Shown here piece by piece: positions 11,893-24,946 of a DNA stretch of 64,000 bases. Origin of the DNA: Somniosus microcephalus (lineage: Eukaryota). The stretch's first letter is position 1. Each line of letters opens with the position of its first letter. The position numbers and the translations under genes are program-made. A model generated the notes under the pieces. The model was not told the DNA's origin, did no database searches, and worked only from the letters and a program-made list of their open reading frames with translations. The stretch spans positions 24,180,001 through 24,244,000 of the forward strand of contig CM126209.1 of the NCBI GenBank assembly GCA_052327205.1, in the 5' to 3' direction.

Positions 11893-12583
11893 TCTCTATA
11901 TATAAAAAACAGTATGTCTCTCTGTCTCTCTGTCTGTCTGTCTGTTCGGCTATACAATCAAAAGTTATAGAGCGTACCTACACATGTGTTATATCAAAAG
12001 AAAGCTCATCATTAGGGGACTCTTGTAGGTGTATTTACTTTTTGGTCGGACAAAAATTGTTCGCACATTATACAAAAAACCTTCAAAATTCCACTCATTA
12101 TCCACTCATTAGCATTGACTGACATCAAAGTCGACCAATCCTGTGCCGTCATGATTGACCAATCCTACAGTTCAGTCACCTGATGGTTGACCAATCGGTG
12201 TGTGTGTGGGCGGGACTAATCGTTTTCATCTCAGGGATCTGTCAGCCATTATACAGCAGCCAGGGCAGCTAAAAACTTTGGTAATCCAGGTCAGTTTCTT
12301 TTAAAAAAAAATAAGATTTACCAAAAATGTTTTATAAGTACTTTAACTTTCATCTTTGAAGGTATTAAAAGCTAGAAATGTTTAGGTTAAAAAACAGTGC
12401 AAAACGGGCCTAGGCTTCTCCAACTGCCGACAGCCCAAATCCAGTCCCAGGCTCCCGGCCCACACATCCACCAGGCCCAAAAAAGCCCTGGAAACTGCCG
12501 ACAACCCAAATCCAGTCCCAGGCTCCCGGCCCACACATCCACCAGTCCCAAAATTGCCCTGCAACGCGGGGCTCCCCTGCTAG
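11893..12583 (+). mobile_element. Probable non-autonomous Helitron
   Basis: 5' TCTCTATATATAAAA followed by a (TCTG)n microsatellite; 3' GC hairpin gccctgc-aac-gcggggc, then CTAG|T; no TSD. The base before the 5' TC is C rather than the usual A. Confidence 0.65.
12422..12553 (+). repeat. Two-copy ~71-bp tandem duplication inside the Helitron
   Basis: aactgccgaca(g/a)cccaaatccagtcccaggctcccggcccacacatccaccag occurs at ~12422 and ~12493. Confidence 0.85.
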
Positions 12584-12904
12584 TATCAATATAATTTACA
12601 TTAAAATTAATATTTTAATGATTTCTTTTACTTTTTGATTGATGGAGGTTACAGTCGTGCAGGAAATGGTGCACTTAAGTGGTGACGAAGTCTTCACTTG
12701 CATGATGTGGAAACTCGAGGCAACTACGCCACTGTCTCTCACTCTCACATATATAAATAAGGCCAGTGGGGACTCAGTGGGTGGTTTGCAGGAGGGCTAA
12801 AAAAAACCATGAGGGAACTGGGAGAAGGGTTTTAAAGGTGTACAAGTGGCAAAAACGATTTCCACCTAAATTTCCTTGCTAAAAAAATTCCTACACTGTT
12901 TGTA

Positions 12905-13176
12905 CGCTGCAGGCGCATGGGAACGCCACCACCTCCAAGTTCCCCTCCAAGCCACACATCATCCTGGCTTGGAAGTATATCGGCCGATCCTTCATCGTCG
13001 CTGGGTCAAAACACTGGAACTCCCTCCCGAACAGCACTGTGGGAGTACCTTCACCACACGGACTGCAGCGGTTCAAGAAGGCGGCTCACCACCACCTTCT
13101 CAAGGGCAATTAGGGATGGGCAATAAATGCTGGCCTTGTCAGCGACACCCACATCCCGTGCACGAATAAAAAATAA
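12905..13176 (+). mobile_element. CR1-group LINE 3' end
   Basis: Same 3' sequence as 9986-11111 in the opposite orientation, ending cccacatcccgtgcacgaataaaaaa. Confidence 0.85.
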
Positions 13177-14471
13177 ATGCATTGAAAACAGTGAGGAAAT
13201 TCACTGTTGTTATCTTGCTACCACCTCACCCCGAAGTATGACCTGTTTTACGTAGATTACAATGTAATGTAAATGCACAGTGGCCATGCTTCTGTCACTT
13301 CTGCTGAGGAATTCTACAAGTGGTGAGGGAGGGCAGTGAGCTGGCAGAGTGGCTCCCAAAAGATATCCCAGTTCACTTGAATTATGCGAGGGAGCCCTCT
13401 TAACACCAATAGAAAATCTAAGCCAAGTTCCTTTTCTCCACCCCTCCCCCCCCACCACCCAACCCCCACAATATTATTTACCAGTCAGTGTTAAATTAGC
13501 AAGTGAAACAATTAATTTTAAAGGAAATTGAATAACATTAAAAAGTTCTACTGCACCCTTACATTCAAAAATGCCATTATATTCGGATTACCAAGCTAAT
13601 CCACTGGAAGATGCGCTCCAATATACTTAGCAGCTGAAAATTAAAACAAGCTTCTGGGATCACATAGGTCGCTTGTTTGGAGAGAAATGAAAAGCACCAG
13701 TGTTATTGCAACTTGAATATGAATTGGTTCACAGCATAATATAGTTGTGGTAATTGTTCAACTAAACATCATTGTGGTTACGTGCAAGAAATATGTTGGC
13801 TTCGTTTTCAGATTTTTAAAAAATGTATTCATTTTTATGGGGTGTGGGTGTCGCTGGCAAGGCCAGCATTTATTGCCCATCCCTAATTGCCCTTGATTGT
13901 TTCTCTTGGCTTTAAAGTTATTGCTTTTGGTTTAAACGGAAGGATTTGACATGTAGAAAGAGGGGGTGCAGAGCTTTAGGTTCATCAAGCTCGCTCCACC
14001 TGCTAGACTGCGTAACTTTGCACTTCGACCTCTCGCCCCTCCATAATCGTGTATCGTGGTAGAGGCTAAAGATTTAGAAATACCTCTGGCCAATTCAGGA
14101 AAAATGCCATTCTTCTGCTCACTGGATCCCCCACCCCCGCTGTCTATTGCGCCATAGCAACACTGGATGCTGGTGAAGCCTATTCATCCCTGATGCCCAG
14201 CGTTGCTACGGTAATGGTGAGGGGGGGCATTGTAGTATTTTAAATGTAGAAAGCTGTGCAGTCAATCGCAGAGTGAAAACTTGCACCGGCCGGGGGCATC
14301 AAAATGAAAAAAAGAATTTTTTTTAAACGTCAATGTTTTGCTGGCATCTCGGAGGCCTGTTACAGTGCAACCTCCCTCCCCCACCCCCCTCCCCCCACTC
14401 TGGTCAGACTCTCCAACAGAGGCTGGGGAGCTTGCCAAAAAATGTGTTAATGACCCTGAGGGCGGAATATT

Positions 14472-15233
14472 GGCCCAGAAATTCAGGTCGGGGCTTCCCA
14501 CGGGTGCAAGCCCCCGATCTGCACTTACCTTGCGCGCCGGCCGTTGAGCTGTGGGCTCCCGTGGAATTCCGATCCGGGGCCTGGTCCAGCTGCCGGTGCA
14601 CAGTGCTTGCGTATCCCAGGGGCGCAGTTAGTTCGATGCGTCCCCTGGGATCACGTGGGCCATGGGGAGCCAATCGGAGCAGGGAATGCTCCATTCATAA
14701 GTCTGACAGGAAGTGCTGTCAAGACTTATAAATACTACGGCCCCAAAATAGCACTAAACCTTCAAATAATTTTTTTTTAAATCACATTTTTTAAATAAAC
14801 TATAAATTACATGAAATAACTATTTTAAACAATAATTTAAATTTTTGAAAAAAATAATTTTATATTCTAACGGGGCTAAAAATAAACTTACCTTGCTTTA
14901 AAGTATTTAAAAATAATAAACCTGTGGAAAAAGTGTTTTAATTTTAATTAATTCACCACTTACCTTGTAAAAAGCAGGACTTACGCCTGCTTTTTACATT
15001 TCTAAATTCTGCAGGCTTACGTTCCCGGAGAAACCTGTAAAAAAAAACTAAGTTTGATGTGCACGCGCAGCCTCTCCTGCGCATGCGTTCGACCTCTGAA
15101 CCTCTTCGTGCAGAGGAACGGAAGTGCCGGTTTCCCGCACATGCGCAGTGCATGCTGGAAACCGGCACTTCCTTCGGGCCTACGGGTGAGTACCCCGTGC
15201 GTACTCACCCGTGGAGACCCGAATTCCTGGGCC
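14472..15233. mobile_element. Harbinger-type MITE family A, copy 1
   Basis: TIR GGCCCAGAAATTC / GAATTCCTGGGCC, TSD ATT; colinear with the copies at 46347 and 60043. Confidence 0.9.
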
Positions 15234-15769
15234 ATTAGCTAACTTTAGAGGGACATCCTAGTGGGCAGGTGGAACCCACCCCACACCGCAGACATGCCCA
15301 AATCCACCAAAGTGGAAAAATCTTGGCCAATTTCTCTAAGAACATGAGACGCCTATAGTTATTTCACGCGAAAAATCAAGAGGACTTATTGCAATCGCAT
15401 TGTCAGTTACATTGGAATATTCAACTATGATTTATGTTGCCATCAGATGATTTCAGGACAATTGCAGGAAAAATTAAAAATTGCCCACAAAATTTCAGAG
15501 ATCTGAGCCTGATTCTATATTAGAACCAGTGGTATTGTCAACGTGTGTCCCAATAAGATCAATTTCAGGCAACACGATACAATCGACTGTGCTGCCCTGT
15601 GCCAGTTTCATTTCTAAGTTACATGGACTTATGCCAATGTTGCAGTTATGTTTTGCCTCAGTGCCAGGAGGGCATTGCTGCAAATTGCACTGATAGATTC
15701 AGATGTTCATAGCAGATGCCATTCTGGGATCGGAGTTGTGTGCAATTTTGTTTTCCCAGTTCAGTGTGG

Positions 15770-16448
15770 TAAGTCTGCAGCAGGCGGTTAAGAAGGCAAA
15801 TGGTATGTTGGCCTTCGTAGCAAGAGGGTTCGAGTACAGGAACAAGGATGTCTTGCTGCAGTTGTACAGGGCCTTGGTGAGACTGCACCTTGAGTATTGT
15901 GTGCAGTTTTGGTCACCTTATCTGAGGAAGGATGTTCTTGCCATGGAGGGAGTGCAGCGAAGATTCACCAGGCTGATACCTGGGATGGCAGAAATGACGT
16001 ACGAGGAGAGATTGGGTCGATTGGGCTTGTACTCACTGGAGTTTAGAAGATTGTGAGGGGATCTCATCGAAACCTATAAAATTCTGTCAGGCCTAGACAG
16101 ACTAGATGCAGGAAGGATGTTCCCGATGGCCAGGGAGTCCAGAACTAGGGGTCATAGTCTAAGGATAAGGGGTAAGCCATTTAGGACTGAGATGAGGAGG
16201 AATTTCTTCACCCAGAGAGTGGTGAACCTATGGAATTCTCTGCCACGGAAGGCAGTTGAGGCCAATTCATTAAATATATTCAAGAAGGAGTTAGATATAT
16301 TTCTTAAGGCTAAAGGGATCAAGGGATATGGGGAGAAGGCAGGGACAGGGTACTGAATTTGGATGATCAGCCATGATCTCATTGAATGGCGGAGCAGGCT
16401 CGAGGGGCCAAATGGCCTACTCCTGCTCCTATCTTCTATGTTTCTATG
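15770..16448 (+). mobile_element. CR1 LINE 3' fragment (HER1-like)
   Basis: KKANGMLAF..LYRALVRLHLEYCVQFWSP..FFTQRVVNLWNSLP; (ttctatg)n-type tail. Confidence 0.92.
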
Positions 16449-16970
16449 ACACAACATCTCAATTAGACCACTGCCAAGGATTATGCTGAATATACAGCCA
16501 ACTGTATATACAACCAACTGTAATCCTGCATTACGTACAAACTGATACCCCAGTTCCTTTCCTAAGTGAGGCTACTAAGAGAGGTGAAAGGAACCAGATT
16601 TAATTTTTGTTCTAGTGTTGCTGAAAGTAATTCAAACATGTCAATCCGCTAAGCATACTTAACACAATAGAAGAAATATCCAACTCCAGAGCAGTATGTT
16701 TTTTACCCATTCATACTCAAGTGAGTCTTTTCCTGATTTGCATCATCAATAAAGCTGCCACAGTGGAAAGCAGGGTGGGTTTCAATAGTGTTATTAACTC
16801 TCATGCCCAGTGCCATCTAGAGATTCACAGGCACGATGGGCTGAATGGCCGCCTTCTGTGCTGTATCATTCTATGATTCTGTTCCTTCCTTCCTCAGGCT
16901 GGGCTAGAGTTTGCAGACGCTCTCCAATTTCGGGCCATTCTTTCTGTGTGAGCCTTGACGGAGACTGTTA

Positions 16971-17240
16971 CATAGGATTACGTAGGATTTATGGTACAGA
17001 AACAGGCCATTCGGCCCAACCAGTCCATGCTGGTGTTTATGCTACACTCGAGCCTCCTCCAGTCTTTCCACATCTAACTCTATCAGCATAACCCTCTATT
17101 CCCTTCTCCCTCATATGTTTGTCCAGCCTCCCCTTAAATGCATCTATACTATTCGCCTCAACCACTCCCTGTGGTAGTGAGTTCCACATTCCCACCACTC
17201 TCTGGATAAAGAGGTTTCTTCTGAATTCCCTATTGGATTG
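16971..17240 (-). mobile_element. CR1 3' tail fragment
   Basis: acagaaacaggccattcggccc..ttccacattcccaccactctctgg..aaga. Confidence 0.7.
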
Positions 17241-17737
17241 TTGATAGTCTCTTCCACCACAGGGGCAGATATCACAACCAATCTTGGTCCTATTGATAGA
17301 TATGCAATTTCCAGAACAGGTCCATTGGATAGCGGTCAGGAATCATAACCCTACCTGATTTATTGCCCCCTTCCTTACACAGAGGTGCCATGGCTAGTGG
17401 AAGCAGTTTGGCTGCGGTTCTGACTGAGATCTCTGAACTCAGCGCAGATCATGGATTAATCTGTGATTGTCCCGTCTGTATTGGGAAAGCTCTGAAGTTA
17501 CCTTTCTGTTGTTGATGTTTGCTACTATGTATTTGCTACGCGTCAATTAACAAGGTCGGTGTGAAAAGCAGTGCAGAAAAATTGAAGCACCGGATTCCAT
17601 GTGGTGCCAGATTATTGGTCATCACGGTGGTAGAGCAGCAGTTGAATTGAGCCTTACTGTCCACCGCCGCTGCCCGCTCATTCGCAATACCACTGCAGAA
17701 AAGCTGGCATTTGCATGTCGTGTGTACCCAAACTCAT

Positions 17738-17890
17738 CGGGGATAATTATAACCTAACCACATCGCGGATCGGATCGACAGCCCGTTTTACACCCCGCCT
17801 GATTTTAGTCAACGGAAGGTAAAATCTGGTGGGTTGTAAAATGGGCAGCCGTCCCATCAGTTTCTCGCCTGGTGCGTTAGGTTAATCATC
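17738..17890. mobile_element. Degraded foldback MITE related to 3682-3867
   Basis: Inverted arms aacctaac..gcccgttttacacccc / gggttgtaaaatgggc..gttaggtt. Confidence 0.5.
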
Positions 17891-18224
17891 TTTACGGTTT
17901 GCGTATGAACGTGTAGCTCCCGCGGTTCTGCCGTCAGGTTACAGCTGCGCCGCCTCAGCACATTTCCACGATGCAATGCCACACGGTGAGGAGTGTGAAT
18001 GACACAGAGTCACTGTAGGCGAGCCTCACTTGAGGAGACACCCCGCCATTTCTGGGACCTTCCACAGCAAATTAAATGGTCGCCATTTTAAAGGCGAGAT
18101 ATACCATTTGTATTGGTGCGATCCTGATGCATTCATACAGTTGGTGTATGTTTTTCCAATAAGACTTAAACCCTGCTTCTTCCATCACCAGACTGGCTGG
18201 TCTTTCCGTCTCACTTCACAGTAT

Positions 18225-18495
18225 AACATGGAATGATGCAGCACAGAAGGAGACCATTCAGCCCATCATGTCTGTGCTGGCTCTTTGTAAGAGCTATCCA
18301 CTCCCCTGCTCTTTCCCCATAGCCCTGTAAATGTTTCCACTTCAAGTATTTATCCAATTCCCTTTCAAAAGTTACTATTGAACCTGCTTCCACCACCGGT
18401 TCAGGCGGTGCACTCCAGATCACCACAACTCGCTGCCTAAAAATGTTTTTCCTCGCACCGCCTCTGGTTCTTTTGCCAATCACCTTAAACATGTA
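18225..18495 (-). mobile_element. CR1 3' tail fragment
   Basis: cagcacagaaggagaccattcagccc..ctttccccatagccctg; the ORF encodes NIFRQRVVVIWSA. Confidence 0.75.
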
Positions 18496-19271
18496 CAGGA
18501 TTTGACAGTCGTGACGACAGGTACAAGTACCCCAGTGCCAGATGCTGATGAATTGCAACTTTTACCCAGCGCGTATCGCAAATGAATTTAAACAACAGCT
18601 ATATCAATAAAATAGAAGCTGCCGCCTCAGAAGAGAGGGGATGACAGTGATCGATTAAGTCAAGCAAAAGGAAAGAAGATAGGAACGCAGAGGCAAGAAA
18701 AGAAAAATCGCAAGTGTTGGGAATCGGAAATAAAAATAAAAAAGGCTGGACATAGCCAGCAGGTCAGTCAGCACCAAAAAGAGGAAGACGTGTTGAACTT
18801 CTGGGCGGATCTCTCAATTAAAAAATTTGCAGGGCTGTGGGGAAAGAGCAGGGGGAGTGGGATTAATCGGACAGCTCTTTCAAAGAGCTGGCACAGGTAC
18901 GATGGGCCAAATGGCCTCCTTCTGTGCTGTACGATTCTCTGATCTGAGTTCTGAGGAGAGCACCCACTTAAAATGTTAATCCGGTTTCGCTTTCAGATGT
19001 TGACAGACCTGCTCTGTATTTCAAGCATTTACAGTTCCCATTACAAGATGTAATTGCATTGACTGGATATGGAGAAGCAAAAGCATGACAGTGAAATTAT
19101 AGCCAAGGGAATGCATAATCACTAGAGAAACCTTTCTCTCTCCTCTAGCTGCCTGTTTAATACAATATCAATTTTTTAGCTAACTAATGTTTGCCAATTT
19201 ATATATCTGTTCATCTTCTTTAAAGATGATGACTGATGGAATCAAGTTACTTGTATTTTTGTGTCCTCTTT

Positions 19272-19952
19272 TGGCGGAGGCCTGCGATCTGGAAAAATCT
19301 ACACCCTTACCTGAGGGCTCCTGGGATGCACACGCTTCCGCTCCTGGGCCTCTCCAAACTCCAAGTGCGCAGGGCCCACGTATCCCAGAGGCGCAGGTAG
19401 TTCGCAGCATCCCTGGGATCACGTGGGCCACGGGGAGCCAATCGCAGAAGGGAATCTCCCTTCATACACTTGACAGGGAGACCTGTCAAATATATGAATG
19501 GAGATCAATGAAAAAACATAGTAAAATTTTAAATACATTAAAAAAAAATCACCTTTTTAAAATGACTTGAAATTACAATAAATCATTTGAAAAAAATAAT
19601 TAAAGTTTTTTACAGGGCTAAAAATAAACATACCTTTTTTTAAAAAGTATTTTTAAATGATAAATCAGTGAAAACATTTTTTTTTCAATTCTTATCCTGG
19701 TAAAAGCAGGCCTTACCAGGCATAAGAATTGTAAGTGTTTTCTGTGGGTGGAGGGTCTCCAGAAAGCGGAACTATCCGCCCGCAGAGGCCCTTCTCCAGG
19801 GAAGCCGGAGGATCTGTCAAGAGGATTCTTGACAGATCGGAAATGCCGGTTTTCAGCACATGCGCAGTGCATGCCTGAAGCCAGCATTTCCAATATCCCT
19901 ACGGGTGAGTACACAGCTCGTACACACCCGTAGGGATCGGAATATCCGGGCC
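19272..19952. mobile_element. Harbinger-type MITE family B (left end degraded)
   Basis: Reverse-complement match to 61031-61785; right TIR GGAATATCCGGGCC. Confidence 0.8.
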
Positions 19953-20256
19953 AAATTCTACATATTAGTAAACAAATACTTAGCATAGTCTACCTCCACT
20001 TTAACGTTTCTGCATAGCACTTACTAGCTAAGTTATTAAAAATACTAAAGATATTCCATTCTCCAGCAATAGTTCCTTTATCTCCATAAACACAAAACAA
20101 AATTCAGTCGTGGTACAATTGAAAGTCACAGTCACAAGTCGCCTAACCTCTAGAGTTTTTTTTTGTGTGCCTTCTCTGCACTGAACGACAGCACTCATTA
20201 TTCTACCTGTGATTTTCCTTTCATTAATGACGAAAAATGCTTTGTAGTTATTATAG

Positions 20257-20630
20257 AACTCTCGCCTCTGAGTCAGAAGGTTGTGGTTTTAAATTCCACC
20301 CCAAAGACTTGAGCGCATAATCATGGATGACACTTCAGTGCAGTACTGAGAGAGTGCTGCACTGTTGGTGGATGGGATGTTAAACCCTTGTCTGCCCTCC
20401 CAGGTGGGTGCAAAAGGTCCCATGGCACTATTTGAAGAAGAGCATGGGAGTTCTCCCTGATGTCCCGGCCAATATTTATCACCCAACCAACATCATTAAA
20501 AGCAATTATCTGGCCATTATCCCATTGTTATATGTGGGACCTTGCTGTGTGAAAATTGGCTGCCGCGTTTCCTACCTTATAACAGTGACTACACTTCAAA
20601 AGTACTTCAATGGCTGTAACGCGCTTTGGG
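20257..20630 (+). mobile_element. DeuSINE (SacSINE1-like)
   Basis: actctcgcctctgagtcagaaggttgtgg head, Deu core, cacttcaaaagtacttcaatggctgtaa tail. Confidence 0.8.
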
Positions 20631-20956
20631 ACCTGATTCTGGGTGCTGGCCCTCGCCATGGACTGGGCCTGTGTCTGGGGGATATTGGACCTATAGTGAT
20701 GATATGAACAGGAAGGTTCAGGAAACATCAGACGTGTTGTATCCGTGTGTTAATGAAGACACGGAATGCAGGAGTTGGTTTAACAGGTGTTTACTGAACA
20801 AAGTCTGGAGGTGAACTAACAGATACAAGATGCTATACAGGCTTATATACCTGAGTGGTCACTATCGGTATTACAGTACACAGGGGCTCTTAAAGGTACA
20901 TACACTACAATTCCTCCCCTTTTAGATAATTAGTACATAACATTTGTTACAGTTAA

Positions 20957-23900
20957 TCAATTATAAGGCAGTCTCTGTGGAGGCTTCCTGACTCGGTCCG
21001 GATAACGCCTCGGTGGTGTAGTAGTTTTCGGTGGTGTAGTAGGTTCTTTTGGCAAGGTCGATTCGGCTTGAATGCCAGTGTCGGGTTCATCTGGTTCCAG
21101 TATCACCGGATCGGAGGTAGATACTATGGGTATCTCTGCTTCATCATTAGGCGAATAGAGTTGTGGTGTAGGTTGTCCCTTTTTGGATGACTCTATGATC
21201 TGGTCAGCATGGCACCTTATTATGCTTTCTCCAATGTCCACGGTATACATCAGCGGTCCTAGTCGTGTGCAAATAGTTCCAGGCTGCCATTTCTCGGTAC
21301 GGTAGTCCCGGGCCAAAACTTGTTGACCTATCTGGAAGGTTCTAGTTGGCCTTTCATTCATGCCTTGAAATTGCCGGTTCTCTACGTCCCTCCTGATGTT
21401 TGGCTTGATCAAATCCAGCCGGCATCTTAGTCTTCTATTGAAAAACATCATGGCGGGAGTTTGGTTTGTAACCACATGTGTTGCATTCCTGTATGCAAAC
21501 AAGAAGTTATCTACCTTATGTTGTAGATTTATGTCTTCATTACCCATGGCCTTTATGGCCTTCTTGAAGGTCTGGACAAACCTTTCAGCTAATCCATTGG
21601 TGGCGGGATGGTATGGGTCGGACGTGTAGTGCTTAACCCCATTGTTTTTTAAGAACTTCCTGAATTCTTCGGACACAAATTGCGGTCCATTATCAGAACA
21701 GATCTGTTCGGGCAGCCCATTCCTGGCAAATATGGTCCTTAATACTGTGATGGTTTTTTCCGTGGTGGTGGAGGACATCTTTATTACCTCCGGCCACTTG
21801 GAGTGTGCATCAACCGCGATTAAGAACATTGAGTCCATAAATGGACCAGCAAAGTCGATATGTACCCTTTGCCATGGAGATGAGGGCCACTCTCATGGAT
21901 GTAGAGGGGCTTGTGGTGGGGCGTTTTGGACCTTCTGGCATCCTAGACAGCTCTTGGTCATTTCTTCGATGTCTCCATCGATACCTGGCCACCACACAAA
22001 CGCTCTGGCTAGGTTCTTCATTTTCACTCCACCCAGATGCCCCTCGTGAAGCTCCTTTAGCACTTTATCCTGGAGTTTGGGTGGAATCACCACTCTGGAT
22101 CCACACATCAAGGTTCCTCGGCACACTGACAGCTGTTCTCTTCTTTGCGAAAATGCTGGCAACAGTGGTTCGCCATGTGCTGGCCATCCCTTCACCGTTA
22201 AATCGTAGACTCATGAGAGAGTCGGGTCATTTCTCGTTTCCTTCTCAATGGCAGAATTTGTTACTGGTAGACATTCCACTTTGGTTGAGTGGAACATCTC
22301 CACTGGGTCCACTGTAGGTGCCTCTTCTACCGTTGGCAACGGTAGGCGTGATAAACCGTCAGCATTCCCATGCTGTTTTGATCCTTTGTATTCTATGTCA
22401 TATTGGTGTGCCCCTAGGAAAAGGGACCACCTTTGTAGCCTTTGCGCTGTCAGAATGGGAACGCCCTTTTTAGGGTTGAATATGGAGACGAGGGGTTGAT
22501 GGTCAGTCAACAAGGTAAATTTTTGTCCGTGTAGGTAATGGTTGAATTTCTTCACTCCCCACACCAGGCTGAGTGCTTCCCTGTCGATCTGGGCATAGTT
22601 ACGCTCAGCTGAGTTCAATGAGCATGACGCAAAAGCTATCGGCCGCTCCGAGCCATCAGGGAATCTATGCGATAATACCGCTCCTACGCCGTAAGGGGAA
22701 GCATCGCACGCCAGTCTGATTGGCAGTGATGGGTTGTAATGAGCCAACACTTCCTTGGACGTGATCAAGCCTTTGCATTTATGGAAGGCACGTTTACAGT
22801 CTTCGCTCCATTTCCAAATTACTCCCGTTTGTAGAAGTGCGTTAAGAGGGTGCAGAACAGTTGACAAGTTCGGTAAAAATTTATGATAGTAATTTATCAA
22901 TCCCAGGAACGACCTTAATTGTGAGACATTTTCAGGTGCTGGGGCTTTTATGACCGCTTCAATTTTTTCAGGTGACTTATGCAACCCGTCTTCGTTAATT
23001 ATGTGGCCACAATATGTTATTTGTTTCTGGAAAAATTCGCACTTGGGGCGGTTTGCTCATAGGCCCCATTCTCTCAGCCTAGTGAGCACCTGCTCCAAAT
23101 TGGCAAGGTGCTCGTTGTCGTTTTCTCCTGTTACAAGGATGTCGTCTAGGTAGCATTGAGTCCCCGGAATTCCTTGCAGGACTTGCTCCATAGCTCTTTG
23201 CCAGATAGCTGGAGCTGATGCTACTCCGAAAACCAGTCGATTGTACTGGTACAGGCCTTTGTGTGTGTTTATCGTGAGATACTTTTTAGAGGCCTCCTCA
23301 ACCTCCATCTGTAGATATGCCTGTGCCAAGTCAATTTTGGTGAAACGTTTCCCTCCGGATAGTGAGGCGAAAATATATTCTATCCTTGGAAGAGGATACT
23401 GTACCGTGTGAAGGACCGGGTTTACAGTCACCTTGAAGTCCCCACAGATGCGAATTTTTCTCTGTTCTTCAGATTTATCATTATTCAACGTTTTCTTCAT
23501 GACCGGGACGATGGGTGTTGCCCACTCGCTCCAATCTACCTTGGATAACACGCCTGCTTTTTCCAAATTCTCCAGCTCTGCCTCGACTGCTGGACGAATT
23601 GCGTATGGCACTGGCCTTGCCTTAAAAAACTTGGGCATTGCCGCATCTTCCACTTTTATTGAGGTGGTGACGCCTTTCAAGGTTCCTAGTTCCTGTTGAA
23701 ACACTTCTTTGGCGTTAGCCAAGATGTCTTTTAATCGTTCAGGTATGATGTCATCATTGTTTTTTTTCTTACTGGTCACCGTCAGTGCCTGAATGGAGTG
23801 CCAGTCTAAATGTATCTTTCTGATCCATTCACGTCCCAACAACGGTGGACCACCATCTTGCAGAACGTATAAATACAACTTCTGTATTTCCTTGCCATTG

Positions 23901-24946
23901 TATACAACAGGCACCTTTAGTTTCCCTCTGGGGTATACTTTCTGCCCCGTATATGTCTTCAAGATAATGGATGTGTCTTTCAAAGGTATATGCGGAAATA
24001 GCCGCTCGTAATCCCGTCGACTTATGACGGTCAGAGCTGATCCTGTATCTAGCTCCATTTTAACTGGGGATCCCGCTATCGTGAGGGTAACCCAAATGGT
24101 CTGGTAATCCTCTTTGGCAATTACATTATGTAATTTGAGACAGCTTAGTCTCTTGTTTCCGGAGTCGCTATCGCTCTTCTGGTCTTCGGAGCTACTGTCC
24201 GCCATCATTTGTACCTTTCTGTACTTTTCCTTATTGATTTTTTCTCTGTCAGTGGATTTTTTGTTTCCAGATCGGCATACACGTGCAATGTGTCCCATCT
24301 TTCCGCATTGCCTGCATGCTTTGTCCTTGAACCAGCAGTCCATCTGGTCATGGGTGGATCTGCCGCAGCGATAACATCTCTCGAAACCCCGTGTCATTTC
24401 ATGGGTGCCGAAGTCCTGTGGCTTTTGCTGTATCTCTGCAGCTCCTCTTGCTGCTGCTTCGTATGATACAGCCACACTGAAAGCCTTGTCCAGTGTCAAA
24501 TCTTTCTCAGAAAGTAGCCTTTTCTGTGTTCCTTCGCTTAGGAGACCGCAGACGAATTTGTCTCGTAGAGAATCTGCCAGTCCTACCCCGAATTGGCAGT
24601 GCTTTGACAGCTTTCTTAATTCGGTGAGGTAATCAGCGTTACTTTCATTCTTGTGCTGATTCCTCCTGAAGAATTTGAATCGTTCCGCTATCAGCAGCGG
24701 TGTTGGGTTTAAGTGCTCCTGTAGGGTATCAACAATCTCCTTAAAATTCTTGTCCATCGGTTTGGCTGGAGTGATTAAGTTTAGTAACAGCCCATATGCC
24801 CTTGCGCCCATCAGATTTAGAAGTACCGATGCCTTTTTATCATTCTCTACTTCATTCGCTGTGCAATATACCTCCACTCTTTCCACATATGTGGTCCACT
24901 CCTCTATATCACTATCGAAAGCAGTAATATTGCCAGTCTTAGGCAT
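20957..24946 (-). pseudogene. Single-frame gag-pol with 3 nonsense codons
   Basis: MPKTGNITAFD.., CCHC knuckles, MELDTGS, YLDD, ACDASPYG, integrase SDNGPQF..GLAER; TGA at 23057, 22211 and 21893, all in one frame. Confidence 0.93.

Noticed and set aside
12422-12553. Repeat-spacer (CRISPR-like) array
   Set aside because: Only two near-identical tandem units in eukaryotic DNA; no cas genes.
14333-15242. Recurrent short ORFs in MITE copies as a conserved peptide family
   Set aside because: Starts, stops and frames differ between copies; the similarity reflects DNA repeat identity.
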